DNA of 63,959 nucleotides, filler included, from Neolecta irregularis DAH-3 (GCA_001929475.1; 8 parts of 8 records of this genome joined end to end with filler, not necessarily neighbours in it), one strand, 5' to 3'. Numbered from the whole stretch's first letter, positions 42,130-56,329 are shown. Numbers and translations are program-made. Notes: generated by a model from the sequence alone, not told the origin.

Positions 42130-43630
42130 CGCAAACAGATGTTTTTGTGGCGGGAGGGAAATTTCTGTCCAACTTTTCTCGGCCACCAAATGGGCAATGC
42201 GTTAAATACATTGGGGGACAAGTTCATAAGGACGCTATTTTCTGTAGTAATTTTACTCTTCTGGAATATATATTTGTGTCAAATACTATTTCTAGCAGTT
42301 GGATCCGAAACCCTAAATTTATGACCTTTGAATAACTGAAATTCAAAGTCTAGTATGACAATAGAGGCTGTATTATTCTAGCATATGCCATCACCCCGTT
42401 CATCCCAAGAATATTTTTCAACAAGGTCGTAGAAAAAAATAGCTCTGTGACTAATGAAGACGATATTCCATCGATCAGTAAAACCTCGCAAATCTTGATG
42501 AGTAGTATCACCTTCGCTGCCCTCAGTGAAATCAACAAATCGTAACCATAAGGAGTTGCTTATGTGTCCCAATGCACTGATGAGGTTTTCATTATTGTGT
42601 TGAATCCGGACCGATTGTCTATGTTAAATGAGCATGGTGCTTTTTGAAATGCTGCTCTTTAGACTGTTCACATTGGAATTCTCATTATCTAACTCTGGCC
42701 GCTTGTGTAGAAAGCTGGAGACGGGAAGTATCTGGGAGGGAGAGGGGTTTACCGAAATTTAATCAGTGTGATAAGAGAAGCCTTCGATCAGAATCTTCTC
42801 CGGCTCACAAGTGCATCAATATCAAGTTCTACCAATAGTGATGGCCTGAATTTGATATCTTCCGATCATTCTGCTCCTGAGCTTAGTGTTTAAGCTCAGA
42901 TGCAAGTCATCGCCTCCACTAATATGTTGGTCAACTTCGATCGGATGAAAAATCATCTAGCCGTTCTGTGCATCGAAAATGGGCTGCAGGGGCAGGAATT
43001 AGAAAAGAGCTATTCCACAACATCTCTTGGCTACTAAGCTGAAAAGAACAGGATATGGAAATATGGCGAATACAAAAGCAAAGACAGGACAAGCCAACAG
43101 AATCACTCTTTCACGAAGCCAGAATTTTCAACGGTATTCAGAGTGAAAACTGACATAAGTTGCTTCTGAGCTTTCAAAATCAAATACGATTTGTGGATAG
43201 GTTGCGGTGCACATGGATCTGATTGGTTCAGGAGTTCACGAATGCAGGACAAGGTAATGAACTCGGCTCCTTTTCATTTTCTAGGGAGGAAAGATATGTC
43301 AAACTTATCTCAAGATATAATCGAACCCCCTTTGTAAAGTTATTCAAGGCATATCAAGTGAAACATGCCATAATCGGGTTTGAAGAATGCTTTTAACTGA
43401 AGATCATTGTTCTATACCAGCTGCTTTAAACCGCTCGTTAAACCGCGTGGCAGCGCGTGGCATGGAAGAACAATAAATCCCAAACGAGAGTATTGTCTAC
43501 AAGGTTCCAACCTTTTTGGTAAGACGTCAAACAACAATTCATCTCAGGGGACGATCGTTATTGAAACACTAATGTCAATTTGAGTAATAAATATCTCCAC
43601 TGTCTTCATCACAATTTTCCTTCATCGCCA

Positions 43631-44584
43631 ATGGCATCTATTGTTTTGTTTATTCCGGAGCTCCTTGATCGAATCCTTCTGTTCGTACACGATGAGCAGT
43701 TTCCTCAAAACATCTTCCATTTCTGCGGAGTAAATCGACGATTTAGAGCAGTCGGACTACAACATGACTTTTGGAATAGCATCAATTACTGTGCATGGAC
43801 AATGAAAGATGTTGAAACTCCAAAAAATGCTTTCGAAATGATTCGAGCGATGCTTTCGAGACTCATCCAGGTTTCATCAGTGGTCATACAAAAGGAGCTC
43901 CTTCAAACTCAAGAAGATTGGGAGTTTTGGGCCAGTATTCTGCGCCGGTGTCCTCGCCTAGATAGCCTGGAGATCTGCCTGGGATTTACGGAACCTCTTC
44001 GTATTCAGTGGAACATGCGGATGCTTATTGAGACAGTGATCATCGATGCCGAAGACTTCAATATCGCAAGTTGTGGAATATTTCGACTTCTGAACTCGAT
44101 CGCTTGTCGTACAAAGGTTATTCATGTGCCAACTTGTGCGGGGCCGGAAGAAACCATAGCCTTCGACTGTCTCTTTTCTGGCAGCCAAGAGAGCCTTCTT
44201 CTTGATGGGACAGCCTCGAATTCTATGACGGATCTCTTCATGAGCATTGATCATGACAGCGCTAGTCGATTAGCCGAACCGATCACTGGACTTCACGTTG
44301 CTGCAACAGTTGACGATTGTTGGGATGATATGCCCATCTTTCCAAACGTGCGAAATGTAAAGATTGAGATGACCCAAGATCATGATTCCGTTGAACGAGT
44401 ATGTGTAATGGTCGCAAAATGTCCAAATATCAAGATGCTCAGCGTTGTCGTAGTGAAATCGGGGTCGGGTGATTCGGTGGATATTATTGAGGAGATTTTT
44501 ATGGACGATGTACTGAACGAGTTGCAAATGTCCAAACCGTCACTTGGTATTATTTATGAAAAACAGAATTTGAGCGTTTATTGA
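43631..44584 (+). CDS. Intronless F-box-like/LRR protein
   Basis: FIPELLDRILLFV...GVNRRFRAV; RCPRLDSLEI and KCPNIKMLSV repeats. Confidence 0.65.
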   Translation: MASIVLFIPELLDRILLFVHDEQFPQNIFHFCGVNRRFRAVGLQHDFWNSINYCAWTMKDVETPKNAFEMIRAMLSRLIQVSSVVIQKELLQTQEDWEFWASILRRCPRLDSLEICLGFTEPLRIQWNMRMLIETVIIDAEDFNIASCGIFRLLNSIACRTKVIHVPTCAGPEETIAFDCLFSGSQESLLLDGTASNSMTDLFMSIDHDSASRLAEPITGLHVAATVDDCWDDMPIFPNVRNVKIEMTQDHDSVERVCVMVAKCPNIKMLSVVVVKSGSGDSVDIIEEIFMDDVLNELQMSKPSLGIIYEKQNLSVY

Positions 44585-45458
44585 TGATTATGCTTATAGA
44601 ATCGAGTTGAGAGCATTGGAAAGAAGTCCTGATGTATAAATGGGAATTAGGGAATATTCTGTTTGATGGTTGCAAATACAAATTTACTGTTACCAGCCAT
44701 ATCTCGACAATTCAAAGTCAGTTATGTGAAAGACCCAAATTCTTTCCTTATCCCACGAGGTCTTGCGCATATGGGTTGGTATCTTGGCGAAAATTTCATC
44801 CTCTTCAGCGCCAAATATTCCGTTGTGGGAAAATCCTCCTATAGTCGGATAGATTAGGCAATTCATTAAGAAATGGTTGGGATCGGAAGCTGCTATGACA
44901 TTGACTGATTTGTCAGACAAAACATTTGCGACACACTCGAATCGGATTCTTCCGTGCCCTTGACTATTCGACTCCCATCCGTCGTCTTATCATGAAGCTG
45001 GTTTCTGAAAAGACTTTGAGAATTAGCAACGAGCGAAGTGGTTGCAATGATGTGCCGTTCAAAATTTAGAGCGGTAGCCTGTAAAGGCAATTATCGCTTT
45101 CTCACCACGAGCCATAGTCTAACCGAAATTAAATATATTTATTATATTAGCTCTAAATGAATGCCACCGTTTAATAATCATTCGAACTTTTCCAGTTTTT
45201 CATATCACATAGTTCACGAGAAGAATGCTGTACAGTCTAATAAAGTAAAAATTGCAGGAAATATCTATGCACAGAGGAAGCTTCTGCTTTGGAATCTTTC
45301 ATCTGGGGCCTAAGGGGTTCAATGCATTAGTCCGCAATGCAATGTTATTCAATAAGTCAACATGAATATCACAATCGCTATATTGACTCAGTATCGAGAC
45401 CTCTGATATAAATACAGTCCCACGTTACCCTCCTCCCTCTTTCTCAAACTTGAAATGA

Positions 45459-46103
45459 TCAAACTGCAGACTGAGCATTTTTTGTGCTTGTGATCTGGGT
45501 CGATGACGATGTGTTGCTGATCGATGACGATGTGCTCGCAGCTTGATGATATGATTTCTTAGCCCCCTTCACTTGCGGTTTGACTGCTCTGACGAAAGCT
45601 TTTGCATCTTCACCCCGCCCAATTCTCTTAAGGCTTTTGGCAATGTCTTTAGCACTATCCACAGTAGCCACGAGTATGCCGCGTAAGGCGTGAACTTTGT
45701 CTTCTGAGAATCCGAAGGAATCAGTCCTCGAGGAGGCTTTCAGGATCTCCGTGTTGCACTGTTCAAACAAAGACGATACCTGAGACGATACTTGATTAAT
45801 GTCCAGATCCTCATAACTGCCGAAAGGACTATTGCTGGATGAATAATCTATGAAATTAGTCGAACGACGTCAACAAGGACAACTGACCGACTGTTAGAGA
45901 AAAAGAGGTTATTTGTTGTTTGACTGTTGTGCATACTTCTAAGGCATGGTCTGCACAATCCATGCAGTCATAACCATAATCATTTGACTCGTCGCTGTCG
46001 ATCGGCGCGGCAAAGACTAGGAAATGAGACTTAATCGACTGAGAGCAAACACACCCGAAATGAACAAGGTGAACACAGCGAAGGAGATGTTGAGAAATTT
46101 CAT
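45459..46103 (-). CDS. Small secreted protein (about 190 aa), 2 introns
   Basis: Spliced start MKFLNISFAVFTLFISVFAAPID (signal peptide), 4 Cys, Ser/Thr-rich tail. Confidence 0.7.
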
Positions 46104-47503
46104 GATTGCCGAGTCGAGTGGAATAAACTTGAGGATGGATGATTCAAACTCGAGAAATATTGACCATCATTTATACGTGTTTCGGCAATCCATTTCTCCG
46201 TGATGGATAAAAAAAGTACGCACCAATTCGTTTGGCACGAAAGCTGCGCAAGTACGTGTCTTTCGGTTCGACTTGATCCCGTCGAATCATAGAGCAGGGA
46301 GTAATCGGTTGTTCTCAGTGCGATGCTAGTCAGGATAACACCTCGATAAAAATAGACATCTCGACGACTTGCCATTGCTCATTTTTAGGGATTTCTCGTT
46401 TGACATGGACCCTGTCGATCGCGCAGTCACTTTCGAGACACTACATATATAGAACCCTCTCATGACAATAAAATGATGAAAATTACAGTCTGTAGAAGGC
46501 GTTAAGTTGAGGCAAGATAGAGCGCGAAATAACTCAAAAATAGCTCGTTCCATTGCAGTGACTGTGTTTAGGGTTAGACAAGGAGAGGAATCGGATCAAT
46601 AAAAATAGGTTATAATTGTGGTTGATGATGGAGTCTATTTGTGACATGCGGTCGTATATAATGGACGGGTCACGCTTTTGGGCATACCACTTAAAGATTC
46701 GGATATAACCCATGTATTCCTGCTGATCGAGAAAACCAGAGACAAAGGCGCATGGCTGATACGCCAGAATATTTTAGAAAAAATTCATTGGCTGGCACAT
46801 CTAAGTCGGCTGGACTATGGAGAAGATAAAGTCTCCCTTTTCATTTTGAAAGTGTGGAACAGCGGAATGTGTTCGTTGATGGCGAATAAACAGGTTCTTA
46901 CTAAGGCCAGAAATACTGGTGTCAATTATCTCGAGCTAAACTTTGACTACAGCCACCTGCTGAGCAAGGGAGCACGAATCAACCTGCTTTGACTAGACAT
47001 CGTACCACACAAATAGAATGATTGACAAGAACGATGACGCCGAGCTACTGTTTGTCTGATGGACCACGAGTGCATTATCTATAGTAACGATCCAGTTAAC
47101 CATGTGAGAATCCAGCTGGATAGCCTAGAAAGTCAAAATATCTAGAAATAGCTCAATTATCTGTCCATGAGCGTGAACGCATTTTGGGCGGGTTGCCACT
47201 ATATATAGCAGAAACCAACTCAAACAATCTTATAAAACTAATCAATCTATTGAGCTTGGAATTCTAAAGAATTCATTATATATAGAGAGAGATCTTCAAC
47301 TGGTCCCAATCCAGCATTACCCAAAAACTTGCTCCGTTCGTCTAAAGGAAAAGAAAAGAAGAAAACCCTAATCTTGTCGAAATGAGCTTGTCAAGATAGG
47401 GGAAGGAGGGGAAGCTAAAGTCGAGGAACGTCTAATTTTCTACTTTTCACTGAGAATCAAAAACCTACAAACTCATCAATCACCATTTCACACCGAATCA
47501 AAA

Positions 47504-50500
47504 TCAAACCGCACACCTAGATTTCATGCCCCTGTTCTTGTTGACCCATTTTCTTGCTTCGTCAATCCACATGACCGAACTGGCTAGGAAGGTCAATCCT
47601 ACAAGGTCCCACAGTCCAATTGGTTCCGTTTGAAAGACGTTACGTAGGAAAGGAGTGTAAATTACCAACAGTTGACCGAGAAGAGAGCCACCGACGGCGT
47701 AGTTAAACACGGTATTCGTAGGCATCGAGAAGACTGATTTTGTGGCCGATCGGCATGATAATGCATTAAACATATCAAACAGCACGAAACACGTGAATGT
47801 CTATGGACAAAGGTCAGTTTTTGCACGAGATATATCGGGGGTAAATAAGCGAACCATTGTTGTGTCTCGAGAAGTAACTTGTCCGTCGACGAGATTGTAC
47901 ATGTAGACGATTAATGTGCCGAGTAAAATGACGCAAGCCTGTGTACATACGCGGAAAAGGACCTTTCGAGTAAGAATAAGGGCGTCTCTGGATCTAGGAG
48001 GTTGAGACATGACTTCTGGGTCGACTGATTCTACTCCCAATGACTGCGCAGGCGGACCATCCATAAGAATGTCTAGCTTATCAGCACCCAGAAGAGAATA
48101 AATAGTGGAATTACTGATCCAAAGGATTTGCATAGCGTTGAGGGGGTTGGGAAGACCAAAGAGGGTTGAAATAGCGATCAATGAGAGAGCAGCCATACTT
48201 GTACTCAGCTGAAAAGTCACAAAATTCCGAATGTTATAAAAGATTGCTTTTCCTAATATTGGGTTAGATGGAGCTGATAAGAGTTTAGAAGGAGTTCAAA
48301 CCTTCTTCGATGGCACCCAGAATGGTGGTGAAATCGTCGTCGGTGAGAATCATATCTGCTGCTTCTTTGGCCACATCTGTACCCAATTTTCCCATACTTA
48401 TCCCTATATCAGCTAATTTGAGCGCGGGGGCATCGTTCACGCCATCCCCTGTCATTGCAACAACTTCTCCTGAAGCTTGTAGTGCCTTTACAATTTTCAT
48501 TTTATGGCGCGGTGTGGTCCGTGCAAATATTGTGACTCTGGAGATAAGTTCTTGGAGTTGTCGCTCAGACAGGTTATCTAATTGTTCTCCTGAGCAGACG
48601 GAATGGAATTGCGGGATTCCAAGGGATTGAGCTATCGATACGGCGGTTTGCTCCGAATCGCCGGTGATCATGATGACTTTGACTCCTCCATGTAGTAATT
48701 TCGAGATACTTTCGGCGACATGAGGACGCGGAGGGTCATACATTCCGACGAGGCCGCAAAATGTAAGATCTTGTGGCGATGACGAGCGACCGAGAGCGAG
48801 AGCTATCACCCGGAGACCCTGTTGTGCCATTTTCGATGCTGCAATGTTGATTTTTTTAGGATCGAGGGGTTCAGTTTTCCCATCACGGTATAACTGGTTT
48901 GTGCAATTTTGAAGAACGCAGTCGTGTGCTCCTTTTACGATACAGAATTGTTCGGTAGAGCCATAAGTATTTCCAGTGACTGCCTGCCACTTTCGTTCAC
49001 TTGAAAAAGGAATTTCTTTTGTCCGTTGGAAAGTCTGCTAATTAGGTAAGAGCAAGTTAACATATACATCTCGATTGTCTGTGAGACCGAAGGATGAGAG
49101 AATTTCCATGAATGCAACGTCTGTAGGCTGACCCACAATTTTTCCATATTCGTTTATTCGTGAATTATTGCAAATATTTCCTATCCAGAGGGCTTTCTTT
49201 AGGGCGACGTTGTGGTTGAGAAGGTAATGGGCACTTTCTACTGTGCAGTCGATGGGCTCATCGTCTCCACAAGTGTAAGTATGCGTGATGGTCATATGGT
49301 TCATAGTAAGGGTGCCTGTAGTAAACATACTGAAGGGAAAAGAGCGGGCTACCAGTTTTATCGCTGCAGACGACACTGACACTGCCTAGGGTTTCCACAC
49401 TGGGAAGTCTTCTAACGATGGCCTTTCTACCAGCCATTCTGAAGACACCCAAAGCGAGGGTGACTGTGACAATGATGGGCAGACCTTCTGGGATGGCAGC
49501 AACGGCGAGGGATACGCCGATGGTGAACATATCGAGCCATGGGCGGCCCTGGACGAGACCAATGAAGACGATGACACCAATGACGCAGAAGCTTAGGAAT
49601 GAGAGTTGTTTTCCGAGGGCATCCATGGACTGTTGGAGGGGTGTTTTTGGTTTCTCGACCTGGAGTCAGTTTGGGGGGCTCAATATCTGAAGACTTGCCG
49701 TCTGCATCAATGAAAAGACTCCGCCAAGCTCTGTATCCATGCCAGTGCCAACAACAAGCCCCTTTCCATGGCCTGGTGTGAGGGGCAGTATGGGGGGATA
49801 GGAGTATACCATGACGGACCAGAGTGCCCATGAAGGCTATGTTTCTGCGGTCTGTGACGGGGAGAATTTCGCCGTTAGACTGGATGGCATTTACATGTTT
49901 TTCTGTGGGCTCGTTCTCGCCTGTCATGTTGCTTTCATCGATCTGGAGATGGACAGCCTGGTGGTGAGCTATTAAAAAGAAAATAGAGGAAGGGGGCACC
50001 TCTAGGAGACGCAGGTCAGCGGGGATGCGGTCGCCAACATGAATCTTTATTATGTCGCCCGGGACGATTTCATTTGCGAGGAGGCGGATGCTGTGGTCGC
50101 CGCGGAGAACGGAGCAGTAATGGGGCACGAGCTTGTTCAGCTCTTCGAGTGATTTTTCTGAGCGGTACTCTTGGACGAAGCCAACTGCGGTCAGCGAGAT
50201 GATTCAGAAAAGAGTCTGCGTACCTGTGGTGACGATGAGAATGGCGAGCGAGATGCTGAGGGCGTCGTCGGTGTTGCCCATGAGCAGCGATACTGCTGCA
50301 CTGCCCAGCAGCAGCAGAATCAGCGAGCTCTCGTAAAACTGCTTGACAAAGCGCAGCAGCAGGCCTTCGTGCTCGGGGGCATCCAGCTCGTTTGCACCGT
50401 GGACAGCGCGGCGGTGGGCGGCCTCGCGGGGACTCAGGCCGTGCGGATCCGCAAACAGCTGGGCGAGAGCATCGGCGACAGACAGCTCGCAGAAGCGCGC

Positions 50501-50554
50501 GCTGGCATTAGCAACAGGCACAGGCAGCAGGCGGGCGGGTGGTGATCCGGTCAT
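47504..50554 (-). CDS. PMR1: Golgi Ca2+/Mn2+ P-type ATPase, 9 introns (49660-49698 GC-AG)
   Basis: [43 protein letters not shown]. Confidence 0.97.
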
Positions 50555-51329
50555 GGGCGTGAGAACAAGCAGGATGCGCTTGTTCTGGTGGTTGGACAGC
50601 CTGCTGTCTCACTCTGTCTGGCTCTGTCTCTCGCTGTCTCGTTCCTGAGTAGTGCCCCTTGGCCACAGGCGTAGACGCACCTGCTGCACATGCGTTGCTC
50701 TGCCGTTCAGTCGTCCATCCCGCCAGTCGCGCATCCTTCCTCTCCGAAGGCCCAGTTATTCAGCCTTCAGCTGGTCCCGGCTCGTATTGCTAATCGTACT
50801 GGAAACTATAGGCTGCCACCACAGCCTCACGAGGACACCAGCCCCAGGACGCCAGCACTGCAGCCCACAGCGGGCCAGCCATGCTCCTGTCCTGTCCTGC
50901 TTTCCTGCCGCCTTCAACACCATGTCTTGTAGTTATTATTACGCACAACCAAAATCCATGCAGCGTTTTCTCTCGTCCATTCAGAAACATGTATTTGTAC
51001 CTTTCATCCTTCCTAGCGATGGAGCCTATTATTATTCAAATATTGTTTTGCACTCTATTGTCTACGAGTTTCGACAAGCTCAGTTAGAAGCTTTCAACCC
51101 TGCACCATAACGTTTAGCCCCCAAAATATGACTAAAATTGGGATATTAACTATGATAAGCCTAAGTCCAATTCTGGACTTTGGACTTGCTTGCTTGCATA
51201 TTTCAGGCCTTTGGACTTGCTTGCTTGGNNNNNNNNNNNNNNNNNNNNNNNNNNNNNNNNNNNNNNNNNNNNTTAATTAATTAANNNNNNNNNNNNNNNN
51301 NNNNNNNNNNNNNNNNNNNNNNNNNNNNT

Positions 51330-54300
51330 TTTCCCTTGTTAATTTTTGCTGCAAATTTAAGCTTTCTGTAGCAAAATATACTTGTTGAGATGTTATACAA
51401 GTATGAAAAAGGTTGATATCATCAGAATTTCGGAATCGCTCAGCTGGTGGGGTGGTTGGTGGAACATTTGGTTGATTTTTGACTTGTGACAATCCAATGA
51501 CTTTAGCCGGGTTCCACTGAAATAAACCAGCGGCTTTCCAGCCACCTCTAATAACCCGTTCAGTAAGAGATTCCTGTCTTGCATCATGGTAATATTGAAT
51601 AAACCGATTTTTCTTAACTGGAGCTGCATCATCAATATGAGAAAGTTCAGTGATTTTTTTTCTATGTTATCTGACAGTAGCTATGTAGCTAAATCTACTA
51701 CTGTCCCCATATCTTCTCCATCACATGAAATCATAAATGTCTCCCTGTCTGGCAAAGGCTTAATCAAATTGCCTTTTACCATCAGTCAAAAGAAAGTACA
51801 AGTGGATGCCATAGCACTAAAAGATGACGGAGTGACACACAATTTCATTGCAAGAAAATTTGTTCAAAAACATGGCCTGGAAACCAAGCTTACTGGACGA
51901 TCAGTAAAAGTTGTCATGTCTGATAAGGCTGAGTGTCAAGTTAAATCTCAGCCCCAGGCCCTGGTATTGACTCTGGTATGGATTCCATCCAATCAAGGAC
52001 AACTTTCATTCTTCAACTCATTCGAGGTTGCAGACCTAGGGGCATATGACATGCTCCTAAGTAAAAAGTGGCATGAAAGATTTCAACCAGTCATTGATTA
52101 TCACAATAATGCATGCAAGATTGCAGTCCATGACTTGATTACCCATTCTGCATGAAGTCAAGTTATGACCTGCAACCTGGCAGAAATAATTGATTCAGAT
52201 GAACTCTTTCTAGCAGTAGCAGAAAGAATACTGCCACTAGAATCCAAAGTGCAACTCTCCAGTGGAATGAAAGCCTTATTGGTGGAATATGATGATGTCT
52301 TTAATGAAAACTTCACTTTCCCACCAAAGAGAGAAGAAGATCATAAAATCTCTCATTGATCCAGCTAGACTTCCCCACAACAGACCTGTACCAAGACTCT
52401 CTAATGCAGAAGAAACAGCAATGAGAAAAGAAGTCCAAAGTATGTTGAAGAAGGGGTTTATCCAACATAGTACATCCCCTTATAGAGCAGTGTGCCTCTT
52501 TGTCAAGAAGAAATCTGGCGAATTGAGGATGTGTATTGACTATCGAGACATTAATACCAACACACTAAAGAACAATACAGCACTCCCAAGGATTGATGAA
52601 CTGCTTTACCAGATTGGCAATGCAGGTTGGTTTTCTAAATTGGACTTGGCATCTGGCTATTTTCAGCAATGACTACACCCAGATACTATCCCTCTATCAG
52701 CTTTTAATATGAAAATGGGGCACTATGAGTTTAAAGTGCTACCATTTGGCCTGGCTAATGCACCTGCCATGTTTATGCAAATGATGAATAGGGCTCTAGT
52801 GGGGTTGGAGTATTGCTGTAATATCTTTATGGATGATGTGCTAATATCCGAGTCAGAGAACCAAAGATTTCCAGTCAATCCTACAATGCCTTTGCAAAAG
52901 GAAACTATTTGTGAAACTTAATAAATGTGAATTTGAGAAGAAAGTTATTAAGTGGGTGGGATTTAAAATATCCAAGAAGGGCATTGAAGCCCAAGATTCC
53001 AAGATTGCATCAATTAGAGAATGGAAAGAACTGTCAAATGTCAAGGAAACCCAAGCATTCTTAGGAATGCTAGGGTTTTATCAATGCTTCATTCTGAACT
53101 TTGCAACTATCTCAGCACCCCTCTCAGAACTAACTCGAAAAGATCAACCATGGCAATGGGATATGACTCAAAAAATCACATTCCAAAAGTTAAAACAGGC
53201 ACTGGCTTCTCCCCCAGTGTTAGCATGACATGACCCATCAACACCCTCAATACTAACTTGCAATGCTTCATCAATTGGCATTGGAGCAGTACTGTCACAA
53301 AGGGGGGCTGATGATTTAGAACATCCAGTTATGTTCATGTCCAAGAAACTTGATGTGCTTCAAAGGAACTGGACAACCCATGACAAGGAGTTGTTTGCCA
53401 TCAGAAAAGCACTGGAGAAGTTTAGGCCTCTATTACATAGAGCCAGGTTTACAATCTGAACTGATCGCAAAGCAATTCAGTATATCCTGAAGCAACCAAA
53501 ACTAAATTCTAAGCAGATTTGCATGCTTGTATTTATGGCAGAATTCTCAGACTTCGAAGTTTAATACATCCCAGGGGCAGATAACCTTGTTGCTGATGCA
53601 CTCTCCAGGAAAACCAAATTCGAATGTCTAGCAGTAATGTTAGAGAATGATGACTCTTGGATGGATAAAGTTCAGCAATCTCTCAGTCAGTTAGATTGGA
53701 ATGATACCTGGTAAAAACTGTTGAAAGAAATACCATCTGAGGACTTTGAATTACAAGATGCATTACTTCTATGAGATAATCAGGTTTGCATCCTAGAGAA
53801 TTGTACTCTGGAACTGCTAAAAGTTTACCATGATGACCCATCAAGTGGCCACCCTGGAACCAGGAAATTCTTATCCTCACTGGTGAAAAAGTTTTACTGG
53901 AAAAAGATGTCTAAGCAAGTTGAAGATTTCTGTAACCCCTGCATAGTATGTGATATGGTCAAAGCAGATACAAGTAAAAAAGCTGGACTATTACACCAGC
54001 TCAATATCCCAGAAGAATGCTGGGTAGAAATCACAATGGATTTCATTACCAGACTGCCACTAAAGATGCCACTTCAGGTCCTCAAAGACCATGTGCTATG
54101 AAAAGGATCTTGATAAACAACTTTTAGATCTGTATTTTTCCCTGCATGGCATTACAATGCTGCCACCGAAATGCAAGTATGATATGAAGGGCCATTTACA
54201 ATCACCAAAAAACTGACAGATCTTAACTATGACTAGAACTACCCCCTTCATCTTGTATCCACCCAGTTGTGCATAACAGTAGGTTAAAAAGAAAAATCAA

Positions 54301-54360
54301 AATGACAGAGGCAGGGAGATGAGAACTGCCTCCCCCAGGACCATTGAAAACCATTTATAA
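51330..54360 (+). mobile_element. Degenerate Ty3/Gypsy retrotransposon (gag remnant, protease, RT, RNase H, partly deleted integrase)
   Basis: LRMCIDYR, KLDLASGY, LPFGLANAPA, FMDDVL, NWTTHDKELFAI, ITMDFIT, GPF motif; many stops and frameshifts. Confidence 0.93.
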
Positions 54361-54421
54361 TGACTTTCTTCGAAGGGTTCATATACACAAACTTGAAAAG
54401 AAAAACTACCTAATGAAACAT

Positions 54422-55014
54422 CTATAAACTTATCCATTTCCTCCTCAGACTGTTCTTCCCCACTGTTTCCTTCCCTTGACAAAAAGTCTGCAACTTAATT
54501 ATGAAGTTGTACATCCTGATTAAAGCTAACCACCTAGCCATCATAGCATTAGGCATGTCTTTTGGGGATAGATTAACCATCCAGAGCAGGGTATGGGCAT
54601 CTGTCTCAATCGTAATATGGTTGCCCAAGATCCAGTAGTGAAACTTCTTGAGAGCCTTGGCAAGCCCCAAGCACTCCTTTTGGATATTCGCATACTTTTG
54701 TTTGGCCAAATTCCAGGTTCCTGATGTCATCATCCTCCTGTTGGATGATGGTTCCCCATCCTTGCTCACTGGCACCAGTCATGATAATGATCCAACGAGT
54801 GTAGTCCAATGCTCTGAGGATGGGAGCCTGGCATAGCAGCTCCTTCATGTGGTCCATAGCATGCTGCTCAGTAGGAACCCAGTGAAACCTTGCATATTTC
54901 TTGGTGAGGTTGTATAGTGGCCTCATCATGTGTGAAAATTCCTTAATCCAGACCCTGTAATATGTACAGAGCCTGATGAATCCTCAAACAGCCTTGACAT
55001 CTCGACAGGGTTCC
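54422..55014 (-). mobile_element. RT-connection/RNase H fragment of a second Ty3/Gypsy element
   Basis: RPLYNLTKK, ECLGLAKALKKF, IETDAH, PNAMMARW. Confidence 0.85.
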
Positions 55015-55079
55015 TGTAAGGATTGACTAGCTAGGTGTGTAGCTCAGTGTGATGGTTACACACACAGTCACATGTTAGT
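55015..55079. mobile_element. Probable LTR terminus interrupting the second element
   Basis: pol homology stops abruptly at TGTAAGGA; the segment runs into a gap. Confidence 0.45.
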
Positions 55080-56329
55080 NNNNNNNNNNNNNNNNNNNNN
55101 NNNNNNNNNNNNNNNNNNNNNNNTTAATTAATTAANNNNNNNNNNNNNNNNNNNNNNNNNNNNNNNNNNNNNNNNNNNNTACGGGGAGAGCACGAGATTT
55201 CAATATTATGTTAACAAAAGCCGCCAGCAACGACATTTTATGGATACTATCATTACAACCGACGAATAATACTCAGAGCAGTGCAAATGTTTACAAATCA
55301 CATGATGACGAATAGATTTCTGGATTAATGTTCCTTTTGCTAGTAATTTGTTTAGAATAGAAATATATTTGAATTAAAAATTCAAATATCAGCTTGATGA
55401 GCTCTGTCAGCACGCGACGTTAGGTTGGGCGCTGATGTGGACTTTGATTGGATATGCCGACGTAGATACTGCCAGTAAGAGTAACTATGTATATTGAATA
55501 TGAGGTGAAAGCCTAGCCAGCTAGTCCAGCTAGGCGCTACTTATATACAGATTCGGCACATGTGCTGATACCGTCATCTGCCCGTTTGCCTCCCTACTGA
55601 TCTGCTGGGTGGCGATGCCTGTGACAGGCCTGACTGGGATGACCGGCGACCCTTGCTGCTGCTTGTGCTGGCTCCGATACTTTGGCGGTGGCGGTGGCGG
55701 TGGCAAGCTGGTGGGGGATGCGACGTGGAGGTAAAGTCGTGTCCCCACATAAGGCATAAATGAAATATCTACTAGGCTCTTCAAGAGGAGATTTTAATCA
55801 GACAATTGCGGAGATTAGAAACAATAATTCGAGAAAACAATTAGAAAATCCAGTGTTCACTTGGGAAAAGAATTTCATGACTGAAACATATGATATCATG
55901 TGGTACATATCTAATCTTAACATAGGCCCTAAGAGACTATCTGAGGCTGCATATTAAGATATTAGGTAGTTTTGCTGTATGGAATCCGGTCCTGTAGCCT
56001 AATGTCCATGACTTGATATGATACACAGGTTATAGTTCATGATGTAGTGCCCAATATGAATTCAATTAGTATGATATTGAGAGCATGGTCGCAGTGAGAT
56101 TGAGAAAAGAAGATTTCAAAAGAGCACCACCAATGCATGAGCGACAACAGAATGTGAAACTGAATAGATCCTAATGACAGAACCCGCACGATGGCGTTGG
56201 GGTTCTGAAAATCCGCTCGAAAAAATATGAAACATTCCAGTTCTGAAAATACATAAAAAGAATCTTGGGTGCCAACGGACTATATTTGTTTACTACCATT
56301 CCCACTAGCCAATCAGTTTGCCCTTTATT

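Noticed and set aside
42330-43400. Short ORFs between PHB2 and the F-box gene
   Set aside because: No consistent exon structure or recognisable motif.
48310-48630. Long antisense ORFs over PMR1, ATG2, SSN6 and others
   Set aside because: Shadows of real coding sequence with no independent motifs.
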